Source: an uncultured Myxococcales bacterium (lineage in GTDB: Bacteria; Myxococcota; Kuafuiibacteriia; Kuafuiibacteriales; Kuafuiibacteriaceae). Taken from it: a DNA stretch of 62,111 nucleotides. The stretch covers positions 1 to 62,111 of the forward strand of contig CAYZFR010000001.1 of assembly GCA_964477875.1 (NCBI GenBank). Reading direction: 5' to 3'. Below are positions 27,129 through 35,858 of this stretch, one piece after another (position 1 is the stretch's first letter; each line of letters starts with the position of its first letter). Under the pieces are notes generated by a model. That model did not search any database and had not been told where the DNA came from. It was given only the letters and a program-made list of their open reading frames with translations. The position numbers and the translations under genes were made by a program.

Positions 27129-28246
27129 TTCGCCGCCCCCAGCAGGCTATCCTGCATCGACCGAAGCTCCGACTCCAGCTGGGTGAGCAAGCCCGGGCTT
27201 CGGCCCTCGCCCTCGGCCCGCTCGCGGAGCTGAGCGAGGCGTTCGCCGAGCTGGGCGAGCTTGGTGTGCGCCTCGAGGGCCGCCCGGCCCTTGCTGTCGG
27301 GGTCGGGCCAGGCCTGGAGCGCGTAGGCGAAGATCTCCTTGGCCTGGGTCTGGATCTTCTTCGCCTCGGACTCGAGGCCGGTCGCGACCTGGGCCAGCGC
27401 CGCCTCGACCTTGGGGATGTCTTCGGGGTCGGTCCACAGCACCGCCTGCAGCCACGTCAAGTCGCTGGCGTCGACAGCGTCCCGGCCCTCCAGCAACGCG
27501 GCCGCACGCAGCACCGCGAGGCAGCTGCGGAATCGGCGGTCCGAGGGCGTGACCCCCTCCTTGAAGAGGGTTCGCCGGAGCACGCGCAGGTCGCCGAGCA
27601 CCGTGTCGGGGACCTGGATCTCGGCCATGCGCCGCCGTAGCGCGGCGAGGTCGTCCGGGGACAAGGTGCTCTTCACCGGCGCTGGATCCGAGAGGCTCAG
27701 CAGCTTGGAGAAGCCCGCGTCGTCGACGTAGCCGACCTGGAAGCGAAGGAGAAAGCGGTCGTACAGCGCCCGAAGCTCGTCTTCTTCCGGCAGCTCGTTG
27801 GATGCGGCGACCACTGTCTCCAACGGCGCTTCGACGAGCTTGGTGCCTTGGTGAAAGCGGCGCTCGTTCATCAGGGTGAGCAGCGCGTTCAAGATGGCGC
27901 TGTTCGCCTTGAAGACCTCGTCCAGAAAGGCGATCTCGGCCGAGGGGAGCTTGTGCTCGAGCAGTCGCTCGTAGCGCCCCTCCTCCAGCGCCGGAAGATC
28001 GATGGGGCCAAAGATCTCCTCCGGCGTCGTGAACTTGGTGAGCAGCCACTCGAAGTACCGGGCCTGACCGAGGTGGGCGCAGAGCCGGCGGGCCAGCATG
28101 GACTTGGCTGTGCCCGGTGGACCGAGGAGGAGCACGTGCTGACCGCTGAGAAGCGCGATGAGCAGCCCATCGATCTCCTGGTCGCGGTCGATGAAAGCCT
28201 CGCGAAGCTCTCGGCGGACCTGCTCCAAGGCGTCCTGCGACGACAT
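27125..28246 (-). CDS. RavA-like MoxR-family AAA+ ATPase
   Basis: MSSQDALEQVRRELREAFIDRDQEIDGLLIALLSGQHVLLLGPPGTAKS (Walker A)...AFLDEV (Walker B)...LNALLTLMNERRF...VAASNELPE...ALYDRF. It is collinear with E. coli RavA as I recall it, but shorter, with no LARA-like tail. Only the last 373 aa of the 846-aa ORF are real. Confidence 0.9.
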   Translation of the reverse strand: MSSQDALEQVRRELREAFIDRDQEIDGLLIALLSGQHVLLLGPPGTAKSMLARRLCAHLGQARYFEWLLTKFTTPEEIFGPIDLPALEEGRYERLLEHKLPSAEIAFLDEVFKANSAILNALLTLMNERRFHQGTKLVEAPLETVVAASNELPEEDELRALYDRFLLRFQVGYVDDAGFSKLLSLSDPAPVKSTLSPDDLAALRRRMAEIQVPDTVLGDLRVLRRTLFKEGVTPSDRRFRSCLAVLRAAALLEGRDAVDASDLTWLQAVLWTDPEDIPKVEAALAQVATGLESEAKKIQTQAKEIFAYALQAWPDPDSKGRAALEAHTKLAQLGERLAQLRERAEGEGRSPGLLTQLESELRSMQDSLLGAAN

Positions 28247-28257
28247 AGGATGGAAGC

Positions 28258-28887
28258 CTATCCTTTGGAGCGTTCGAAGTGAACGACATCGATGAGGACG
28301 GTGGCGGCGAAGGCGAGGGCTTTCATCTCGGGCGTGGACAGCTGTCCGAGCTCGACGCCGAAGTTGTCGGCGTCGGTGAACATCTCGGTGCCGAGCCCGC
28401 TCCATCGCTTTCGGATACGGCCGACGACGTTGCCCTGGTCCTGCAGCTCGAAGGTCCAAGGCTTGAAGAAGGGGCCAAAGATCTCCAACTCGTGGCCCTG
28501 CGCGCTCTTGACGGCGTAGAGGCGGCGGAACCAGCTCCATCGACGGGTGATGATGCCCAGCCCCCGGCCCTCGCCGTCCTTCACCCGCAGCTCGTGGAAG
28601 ATGAAGCGAAAAGGACGGTGCAGATCGAGTAGAACTCTGCCGGTCCCGGTCTCGGTGATCTGGACGTGGAACGGCCGGGTGGGGCCCAGAAACATGCGCT
28701 TGAGGAAAGCGGTCAAACCTTCGTCCTTCTCCACCGCCACCATTACCGGTTGACCCGTCTGATCGAAAACCTCGTAGCGATTCCGCATCTCGAAGGAGAG
28801 CAGGATCTCGGTCCAGTTCTTCCGCTGGCGGACGGTGAGCTGGTCGAAGTGGCTGAAGGGGCGGGCGAGCTCGGACACGCTCCGCAT
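28258..28887 (-). CDS. phospholipid scramblase (PLSCR, PF03803) family homolog
   Basis: 209 aa. [28 protein letters not shown]...[18 protein letters not shown] parallels the human PLSCR1 C-terminal core as I remember it ([28 protein letters not shown]...MKAVMIGACFLIDFMFFE). Confidence 0.85.
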   Translation of the reverse strand: [209 protein letters not shown]

Positions 28888-28942
28888 CCGATGTCATGAT
28901 CGGGTTGCAGACAAGGGGGCCCTGGTCCATGGAGGGCGCCTG

Positions 28943-29812
28943 TTGGGAGAGCTGGCGGCCACGGCCGCGGCCCTGACCTGGGCCGTCGCCTCGATCCTGT
29001 TCGCTCGCCTCGGCAAGAGCGTCTCGCCGGTCGTCCTCAACTTCGCGAAGTGCGCCCTTGGCGGCCTGGGGCTGGTTCTGACCCTGGCCGTCGTCGAGTC
29101 CCGGGTGTGGCCCATCGGTCTGAGCGGAGCGGACTGGGGCTGGCTCGCCGCTTCGGCCGTCCTGGGGCTCAGCTGGGGAGATACCGCCTTCTTCCAGGCT
29201 CTGAATCGCCTCGGCCCTAGACGCGCTCTGCTTTTCTGGGCCCTGGCGCCGCCCCTCACCGCCGGTCTGGGCGCCATCTTCCTGGGTGAAGCGATCAGCC
29301 TTCGCATGGCGCTCGGGATCGTGGTCACCATGGCCGGCGTGACCTGGGTGGTGGCCGAACGCAGCCCCGACGGCCGGGTCGATCCCAGGCTGTGGTCGGG
29401 GGTTCTGTTTGGGGTAGGTGCGGCGTCCGGGCAGGCGCTGGGCTCGATCTTCGTGAAGAAGGGTGGGCTCGGAATCTCGGCTCTGGAGGTTTCGGCCGTT
29501 CGTCTCGTCCTCGGAAGCCTCGCGCTGGCCGTCCAGGTCGGGGCGGCGGGGGCGTGGCGCGAGCTCGGGCGCCTCGCCGCCCCGGTCACCGGTCGGGACG
29601 TGGTGGTCGGGACCTTCATCGGCACCTACCTCGGGATCTGGCTTTCGGTCTTCGCGCTCCAGCACACCTACGCTGGCATCGCCGCCACCTTGCAGTCGAC
29701 GAGTCCGCTCTTCGTCCTCCCCCTGGCGGCGCTGACCGGAGAGCGGATCAGTCTGCGGGCGGTGCTCGGCGCTTGCATCGCCGTCGCTGGCGTGGGGCTG
29801 TTGTTGGTGTGA
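28943..29812 (+). CDS. EamA/DMT-family transporter
   Basis: About ten hydrophobic helices with two EamA-like halves (AAALTWAVASILFARLG..., ALQHTYAGIAATLQSTSPLF). The 5' end is uncertain. The ATG at 28835 would overlap the scramblase gene, so TTG at 28943 is my guess. Confidence 0.7.
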   Translation: MGELAATAAALTWAVASILFARLGKSVSPVVLNFAKCALGGLGLVLTLAVVESRVWPIGLSGADWGWLAASAVLGLSWGDTAFFQALNRLGPRRALLFWALAPPLTAGLGAIFLGEAISLRMALGIVVTMAGVTWVVAERSPDGRVDPRLWSGVLFGVGAASGQALGSIFVKKGGLGISALEVSAVRLVLGSLALAVQVGAAGAWRELGRLAAPVTGRDVVVGTFIGTYLGIWLSVFALQHTYAGIAATLQSTSPLFVLPLAALTGERISLRAVLGACIAVAGVGLLLV

Positions 29813-30171
29813 AGGCGTCGATTCGAATCGCCCTGGAGCTCTCGGGCGTCGTCGCCTTCGTCACCCTGTTCATCCATCCGACCTGCAATCTGTTGTTCCG
29901 ATGCGGCTGCCGGATGATCGGTTTCGGCGGCATCGAGCCCTGCAACATGCACGACGCGTCCACGCCGGACTGCCCCTGGTGCGTCATGCCGTTGCCGGCG
30001 CTGGTCCTGGTGGGGCTGTTTTTGGTGGCGGGAACCTGGGCGGCGGGACACCGCAAGCAGTCTTTCAGCTGGGTCGGGGGCTTGTTGGGCTACGTCTTCG
30101 CGAGCCTGGTCGGAAGCGCGGTCAGCGCCTGGGCGATGGGATATCCCAAGTGGCTCTTCTTCGGGAGCTGA
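29808..30171 (+). CDS. small Cys-rich integral membrane protein, hypothetical
   Basis: The GTG overlaps the EamA stop as GTGA. The 120-aa protein has 3-4 hydrophobic segments. Its cysteines sit in CNLLFRCGC and CNMHDASTPDCPWC. Confidence 0.6.
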
Positions 30172-30172
30172 G

Positions 30173-31099
30173 GTGAGAGGGCGCGTCCATCACCGCGTCG
30201 TGGTGACGGCCCGTCCACTCGGTCTAATGCTGAGCGTGCGGCTTCACCGCTTCGGGCCCGCTGATCCCTGCTTCCACCTGAAGGAAGCGGGCTTTCTTCG
30301 GGGCGTGAGCACGCCCGACGGTCCCGGCCTGCTCCAGGTCGAGCGCCGAGGCCCCCGGAGTTTCGAGGTCTGGGCCTACGGACCCGGCGGCGCGCGCTTG
30401 ATTCAAGCCGCCCCGTCTTTCCTCGGAGTGGGCGACGGCGAGACGCCGGCCTTCGAGAAGCACCCGCTCTTGCGGAGGCTGGCCCACAAGCTCTCTGGTC
30501 TCAGACTCGTGCGGACGCCCACCGTTTTCGAGTGCTTCGTGACCATGGTCTTGCAGCAGCGAGTGGCGTGGCGAGACGCCGCCTGGGCCTACCGGCGGAT
30601 CGTTCGCCATCACGGCGAGCCCGCGCCGGGCCCGTTCCCCGAGATATACGCCCAGCCGGCTCCGGCGGTTTGGCGACAGCTGCCTCAAAGCCGCTACCAG
30701 GAGCTGGGCGTCGACGCTCGGAGGGCCCAGACGCTCAAGCGGGCCGCCTCTTCCTGGCGCCGGCTCGAAGAGCTGAAGGGGATGACGGTCGAAGCGGCCG
30801 ATGCCCGCCTGCGCGCGCTGCCCGGGGTAGGCACCTGGACCAGCCAATACGTGCTGGGCTTCGGGCTCGGCTTTGCCGACGCGGTCCCCTTGGGCGACTA
30901 CGACCTGCCGCGGCTGGTCGGTCGCGCCCTCGCCGACGAGCCCCGGGCCGATGACCCCCGCATGGTGCAGCTGCTCGCCCCCTTTTCCGGGCACCGCTTC
31001 CGCGTGATCCGGATGCTCCAGGAGTCCGGGATCTCGACGCCCCGCTTCGGGCCTCGGCGGGGACCGGGACCAGGGCCCGGAAGGCCGGGACCGCGCTGA
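30173..31099 (+). CDS. HhH-GPD DNA glycosylase, AlkA-like (3-methyladenine DNA glycosylase II)
   Basis: The GTG start lies 1 nt after the previous stop. QQRVAWRDAAWAYRRIV...LRALPGVGTWTSQYVLGFGLG..DAVPLGDYDL is the helix-hairpin-helix plus catalytic Asp region. Confidence 0.8.
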   Translation: MRGRVHHRVVVTARPLGLMLSVRLHRFGPADPCFHLKEAGFLRGVSTPDGPGLLQVERRGPRSFEVWAYGPGGARLIQAAPSFLGVGDGETPAFEKHPLLRRLAHKLSGLRLVRTPTVFECFVTMVLQQRVAWRDAAWAYRRIVRHHGEPAPGPFPEIYAQPAPAVWRQLPQSRYQELGVDARRAQTLKRAASSWRRLEELKGMTVEAADARLRALPGVGTWTSQYVLGFGLGFADAVPLGDYDLPRLVGRALADEPRADDPRMVQLLAPFSGHRFRVIRMLQESGISTPRFGPRRGPGPGPGRPGPR

Positions 31100-31256
31100 A
31101 CTCGGGTCGGGGTCGAGCGGAGGGGAGTTGAGAAGTGGGCGCTCGACATCCGATGGATGGAACCGAGGATTGGGTCACCGAACACCGAGGCCCAGTCGTA
31201 AGTTATGGACCCGCCCTTGGGCTGTAAACCCCAATCGCCAAAAACCGATGACGATC

Positions 31257-31904
31257 TCAAGGGGAACCGCGGGGCGCCAAAGGCGCGTCCACGGCCACCC
31301 GGAGGATCACCTCGGACGCGATCAGGTCGTCCGGGCGGCCGGCGTAGACGATCCCAAAGGCCTTTCGATCGAGGACGAAGGTGCTCTTTCCTCGTACCCG
31401 CTCTGCGCCGAGGCTGATTCGAACCGGGAAGGCGATGTCCCTTCGGATGCCTCTCAGCTCGAGGGATCCCGAGGCCCTGTACCGCGCCTCGCCGAGGGGT
31501 CGCAGCTCCTCGACCCACAGTCGGGCCCGAGGATGGGTCTCGACCCCGAAGAAGTCTTCGGACTTCAAGTGTCGGGTCAGCTTGGGCGTGTCGCTCACGA
31601 CGGAGGCAGTCTCGATGTCCACCAGCAGGCGGGTCGCGTGCAGGCGCCCAGGGTCGAGCTCCAGTCGACCGGTGGTTCGCTCGAAGCGCCCCCGGTGCCG
31701 GCCGCTGAGCTTGGCCGCCTCGAAGTCGACGGTCAGCTCATCGGGGCCGAGAGGGATGGACCGAAGGGAGGGCGCAGGAGGAGGCGGACGGCCGAGGGAG
31801 ACGGTTCCAGTCCTCACCAGCGGCCCGAGCTCGGCCCGCGGCAGGCCTTCTGCAAACTCGGAGCACCCGCCGAGGAGCAGCGCTCCCAGGGTCCTCCCGA
31901 GCAT
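31257..31904 (-). CDS. YceI-family lipoprotein
   Basis: MLGRTLGALLLGGCSE is a lipobox. LLVDIETASVVSDTPKLTRHLKSEDFFGVETHPRARL is the YceI signature region. Confidence 0.85.
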   Translation of the reverse strand: MLGRTLGALLLGGCSEFAEGLPRAELGPLVRTGTVSLGRPPPPAPSLRSIPLGPDELTVDFEAAKLSGRHRGRFERTTGRLELDPGRLHATRLLVDIETASVVSDTPKLTRHLKSEDFFGVETHPRARLWVEELRPLGEARYRASGSLELRGIRRDIAFPVRISLGAERVRGKSTFVLDRKAFGIVYAGRPDDLIASEVILRVAVDAPLAPRGSP

Positions 31905-31930
31905 GTGGCCCGGCCCGAGAAGAGCGCGGA

Positions 31931-34189
31931 TCACAGCAGCTCCAAATAGGCCTCGAGGCGGGCTCGCTCGTCTTCGCTCAAGGCGTGGAGCTGGCCGTGC
32001 TCTCCGGAAGCGGTCCCGAGCTCCAGGACGCGGTCGATGGCGTCGTCGTGGGTGGCGAGGACCCTCCCGTCCTCGGTGACCGAATAGCCGCCGCCGGCCG
32101 AATGCAGCAGCGGGTAGTTGTTCCACAGACCGACCAGCGAGGGTGCAGGCAGTCGATAAAAGTCGTCGTCCTGCATCTCGGACCGGAGCGGCAGGGCGAC
32201 CGCGGTTCCGACGTCGTAGAGACGTCGCCGGGTCGCCTTGTCCTGGTCGGTCGTGAACTGCGGCGAGGGGTGACAACGCGCGCAGTCTCCTTTGTCTTCG
32301 AACAGCGCTCGTCCTTCGACGAGGAGGTCGGAGCTGGCCTCGGCCAGGCCGGGGTTGGGGGGCTGAACGAGGGTCTCCTGGAAGGCTCCCAGCGCCGCGA
32401 TTTCGGTCCCGGTCGGGTCGGGATTGTGAAAGCGGTTGCGGGCCAGGACGAACGCAGCCGTCGCATGGAGCGAGGGGATCAGCGCGGGCGTGAAGTAGGG
32501 CGGGGACTCTCGGGCCGACAGAATGGTGGGCGTCCGGTAGATGTGCATCGGATCGCCCTTGGTGAAGAGTACGCCAGAGCTGTGGCCCTGGTAGTGGCAG
32601 GCGTCGCAGCTCATTCGCGTGTTCCCGAGGTCGGTGTAGAAGAGGACTTCGCCGAAGCGGCGTCGGCTCTGGGTTCGTTGGGCGGGCACGAGGCCGAAGG
32701 TCTCCAGGATCAGCGCACCCTCCCGCACCGCGCTCGTATCGGCGCGATGCACGACGCCGGTGAATCGGTTGAGGACGAACAGCGTTTCGCCGGCGAGAGC
32801 GAGGTCTACCGGACCGGAGTGGATCGAGGTCCCGTTCCTGCCCTCTACGCCAAAGTCTCCGGCCGGCCGCACGAGGCGGGTGCTGGGTGGAGGCTCGACC
32901 GGCGTCGCCAGCAGCAGCGCCTCTCGGGCTGCGCCGTCGCTCTCGGCGAGGCGCCGGGCGTCCAAGGCCACCACTCGGCCTGCCGCCAGATCGGCGGCAA
33001 AGAGGATGTCGCGCTCGCGGTCGAGGGCCAGGGCCTGGGGCACCCCCCGGAGGATCGAGACGTGCCGGACGATGCGCCGGGCCTTCAGGTCGTAGACCCC
33101 GACCCCGCCGTTCATGCTGACCTCCATTCGGTCGGGGTTGGGACCGATGACGGGCCCGACGTCGGCGATGAAGGCCACCCCGTGCTCGATGTCGAGGACC
33201 AGATCCCGCGGGGCGGAGCTCCCCATCACGTAGCTCTGGTACGGTGCGGTGTGGCCGCCGATGATGGTCGTGCGGCGGTCGGCGGCGATGCGTGCCTCGG
33301 CGGGGACGTCGAAGTCCTGCTCCCCTTCGATGCGAACGTGAGCCAAGTCGGTCGAAGCTTCGTTCCCGACCACGAGGACGCCGTCTTCGACCGCGAGCGG
33401 CCCCGGATCGACGCCGACCTTCCCCTCGGCGACGAGCTTCTCCCCTAGCAGATCCACGACGTGGACGGCGTCGGTACGCCGGTTGCTGAGGTAGGCGAAG
33501 TTTCCGTCCACGGTGACCCGGGTGCTGCCCGGCGGGACCTCGATCCTCCGGGGCGAGGCTTCGGGCTCGTCCATCCGAAGCAGACGCAGCTCGGGGGCCC
33601 AACGGTGGGCCACCACCAGCCAAGGCGCCTGGCCCGGGGGGAGCCAAGTGGCCAGATCGCAGGGACCGTCGGAGACCTCGACGCTGGTCCACTCGGCGCC
33701 GCGCCCCACGTGGACCTGATCGGTGTGGGGGGAGGCGACGAAGACGGCGGTGCCCCCGGGATGAGCCGCGAGGGCCGTCCCGACGCCGTACGCGGCGTCG
33801 TTGACCACCCACAGAGGGGCGGTGCCGCCCGCCTTGTGGCCGTCCTCGTCCACCAAGTGGGCTTGGAACTCGGCCACGGAGAGCTGGGCTGGGACCGGGA
33901 TGTCTTTCACCACCGCGATCGCGAGTCGGTCGTCGACGAACCGAAGAGGGAAGCGAAGGCGCGTTTGCTTTCGCCGGAGCTCCAGCTGCAGCCCAGGGGT
34001 GAGCCCTTTGCCGACGACCCGGAGCGGGTAGGCCGTCTGATTCGAGATGTGCCGGGGGCTCGCGTGGAGCAGCTCCGTCTCGTCTAGGCGCGCCTCGGGC
34101 TCGGGCTCGTTCCTTCCCCGGGGGCGGGCCAGGTAGAGGACGAGGACGGACACCCCCACGGCGACGAAGATCAGCGCGCGTCGTCGCAT
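31931..34189 (-). CDS. membrane-anchored beta-propeller-like domain fused to a di-haem cytochrome c peroxidase/MauG-like domain
   Basis: 752 aa with an N-terminal hydrophobic anchor. The middle region has repeated strand-rich YVTN-like segments. The C-terminus has two CxxCH motifs (CDACH, CARCH) with CCP-like spacing and RTPTILS / LPAPSLVGLW blocks. Confidence 0.75.
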   Translation of the reverse strand: MRRRALIFVAVGVSVLVLYLARPRGRNEPEPEARLDETELLHASPRHISNQTAYPLRVVGKGLTPGLQLELRRKQTRLRFPLRFVDDRLAIAVVKDIPVPAQLSVAEFQAHLVDEDGHKAGGTAPLWVVNDAAYGVGTALAAHPGGTAVFVASPHTDQVHVGRGAEWTSVEVSDGPCDLATWLPPGQAPWLVVAHRWAPELRLLRMDEPEASPRRIEVPPGSTRVTVDGNFAYLSNRRTDAVHVVDLLGEKLVAEGKVGVDPGPLAVEDGVLVVGNEASTDLAHVRIEGEQDFDVPAEARIAADRRTTIIGGHTAPYQSYVMGSSAPRDLVLDIEHGVAFIADVGPVIGPNPDRMEVSMNGGVGVYDLKARRIVRHVSILRGVPQALALDRERDILFAADLAAGRVVALDARRLAESDGAAREALLLATPVEPPPSTRLVRPAGDFGVEGRNGTSIHSGPVDLALAGETLFVLNRFTGVVHRADTSAVREGALILETFGLVPAQRTQSRRRFGEVLFYTDLGNTRMSCDACHYQGHSSGVLFTKGDPMHIYRTPTILSARESPPYFTPALIPSLHATAAFVLARNRFHNPDPTGTEIAALGAFQETLVQPPNPGLAEASSDLLVEGRALFEDKGDCARCHPSPQFTTDQDKATRRRLYDVGTAVALPLRSEMQDDDFYRLPAPSLVGLWNNYPLLHSAGGGYSVTEDGRVLATHDDAIDRVLELGTASGEHGQLHALSEDERARLEAYLELL

Positions 34190-34193
34190 CGAG

Positions 34194-35858
34194 TCAGCCT
34201 CGCATGTGCGCGATCATCCGGTCCGCCACCCGAAAGGCGTTGGCGAGGATGGTGTGGGTGGTCGGCACGCCGCCCGAGCTGGGCATGAAGCTCCCGTCGG
34301 AGACGTAGAGGTTCTTCACTTCGTGGCTGCGACAGTCCGGGTCGAGGACCGAGCTCGACGGGTCGGTTCCGAAACGACAGGTGCCGTGTTGGAGCACGTA
34401 GGTCGTGCCCCCTACGGCGTCGGTCCAGGTGCTGTTCGCTCCTGCTGCCTCGAACACCTGTACGCCGAGCTCGGCCAAAGTGCGGGCGTTCTCGACCGCG
34501 GCCGGGTGGCGCTGCAGATGTATGGTGGCGACGGGGATCCCGAACTTGTCTTTGGTGTCGCCGTCCACGCTCACGAAGGTCTTTGGTCCGGGCAGGAATT
34601 CGCCGAACACCTCGAACTCGATCTGGTGCACCTCCGAGTAGTAGCGCTGGATCTCCTTGGTCAGGGCCTCGCCCCACAACATCGGCTGATGCCGCTTCGC
34701 CAATCGCTCGGCGGTGTAGATCGCGTTTCTGTGCGGCAGGATGTAGTGGATGGTGCCGCCCTTGTCGAAGGTCGACTTGCCCTTCAAAAAGTAGTGGTCC
34801 TGGATCGCGCGGTCCAAGAAGTGGTTCGGAGGCACGGGCTGCAGAGGCTTTGCCAAGCTCGCCCGCTCGAACTCGCCGAAGCCCTTGGCCAGGGTCGAGA
34901 AGCTGAGATTCTTTCCCACCAGACCGCTCCCGTTGGCGAGCCCGTCCGGAAAGCCCTTCGGCCGGCTGTTGAGGAGCAGGCGCGCCGTCTCGATCGAGGT
35001 GGCGGCGAGGCAGACGACCTTGGCCTTTTGATCCTGCACCCGACCCTCCGCGTCGTAGTAGCGCACGCCGCTCGCTCGTCCCTTGGCGTCGAGCGCGACC
35101 TCGAAGGCCATGCTGTGGGGTCGGATCTCGCAGTTGCCGGTCGCCACCGCCTCCGGCACCAAGGAGGCGAGGGTGCTCGACTTCGCTCCCGACTCGCAGC
35201 CGTAGCTGCCGCAGTAGTCGCAGTACACGCAGGCGCTCCGACCCTTGTAGGCGGTGGACAACACGGCCCGCGGGATCTGAAAGGGATGCCAGCCCTTCTT
35301 CCGCGCGCCCTTCTCGACCAGCTGCGCGAGGGCGTTGGTGGCCACCGGCGGAAGCGGAAAGGGCCCGCTTCGCGGCGGCTCGAAGGGGTTGCCGCCGGCT
35401 GCGCCCGACACCCCGATCGCCTTCTCGACCTTGTCGTAGTAGGGCGCCAAGTCTTCGTAAGCGATGGGCCAGTCGGCGACCGAGGCCCCGTCCAGCCCCT
35501 GGTAGCGCCGGCCCATCCGAAAGTCCTCCGGGTGGAGGCGGTAGAAGTAGCCGCTCATGTGAACGGTGCCGCCGCCGACGTTGTTGGCGATCCAGCCGTT
35601 GTTGGTGGGCTGCCGTGGTCCACCCTCGGTGGTCTGGAGATGGGGCTCGTCCATCACCAGCGGCGCCCACATGTCCCGGCGGGCGTTCTTGATCTCGTCG
35701 TGGTCGAAGTCCTCTTTTCGGTACCAGGGGCCTTTCTCGAGGACGACGACCTTGGCGCCGGCGGCGGAGAGAGCGTGGGCGATGGGCGCTCCACCCGCCC
35801 CGCTGCCGACCACGCACACGTCGACCTCTTCGCCGAGGAAAGAGGGGCCGTCAGCCAT
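34194..35858 (-). CDS. GMC-family FAD oxidoreductase (large subunit of a gluconate-2-dehydrogenase-type enzyme)
   Basis: MADGPSFLGEEVDVCVVGSGAGGAPIAHALSAAGAKVVVLEKG is the FAD Rossmann fold. The C-terminal GMC block is VLQHGTCRFG...NLYVSDGSFMPSSGG. GGGGAGG lies upstream of the ATG at 35858. Confidence 0.88.
   Translation of the reverse strand: MADGPSFLGEEVDVCVVGSGAGGAPIAHALSAAGAKVVVLEKGPWYRKEDFDHDEIKNARRDMWAPLVMDEPHLQTTEGGPRQPTNNGWIANNVGGGTVHMSGYFYRLHPEDFRMGRRYQGLDGASVADWPIAYEDLAPYYDKVEKAIGVSGAAGGNPFEPPRSGPFPLPPVATNALAQLVEKGARKKGWHPFQIPRAVLSTAYKGRSACVYCDYCGSYGCESGAKSSTLASLVPEAVATGNCEIRPHSMAFEVALDAKGRASGVRYYDAEGRVQDQKAKVVCLAATSIETARLLLNSRPKGFPDGLANGSGLVGKNLSFSTLAKGFGEFERASLAKPLQPVPPNHFLDRAIQDHYFLKGKSTFDKGGTIHYILPHRNAIYTAERLAKRHQPMLWGEALTKEIQRYYSEVHQIEFEVFGEFLPGPKTFVSVDGDTKDKFGIPVATIHLQRHPAAVENARTLAELGVQVFEAAGANSTWTDAVGGTTYVLQHGTCRFGTDPSSSVLDPDCRSHEVKNLYVSDGSFMPSSGGVPTTHTILANAFRVADRMIAHMRG

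Noticed and set aside
27125-29665. 846-aa ORF suggesting a giant AAA+ protein.
   Set aside because: A clean Met start (MSSQDAL, 28246) gives a complete RavA-like protein. The upstream 473 aa are low-complexity Arg/Pro/Gly and overlap the scramblase gene and the antisense strand of the EamA gene.
31257-33812. 851-aa ORF overlapping the propeller-peroxidase gene.
   Set aside because: Only the last 215 aa (from MLGRTLGALLLGGCSE, 31904) form a YceI protein. The remainder is an Arg/Pro-rich alternative frame of the 31931-34189 gene.
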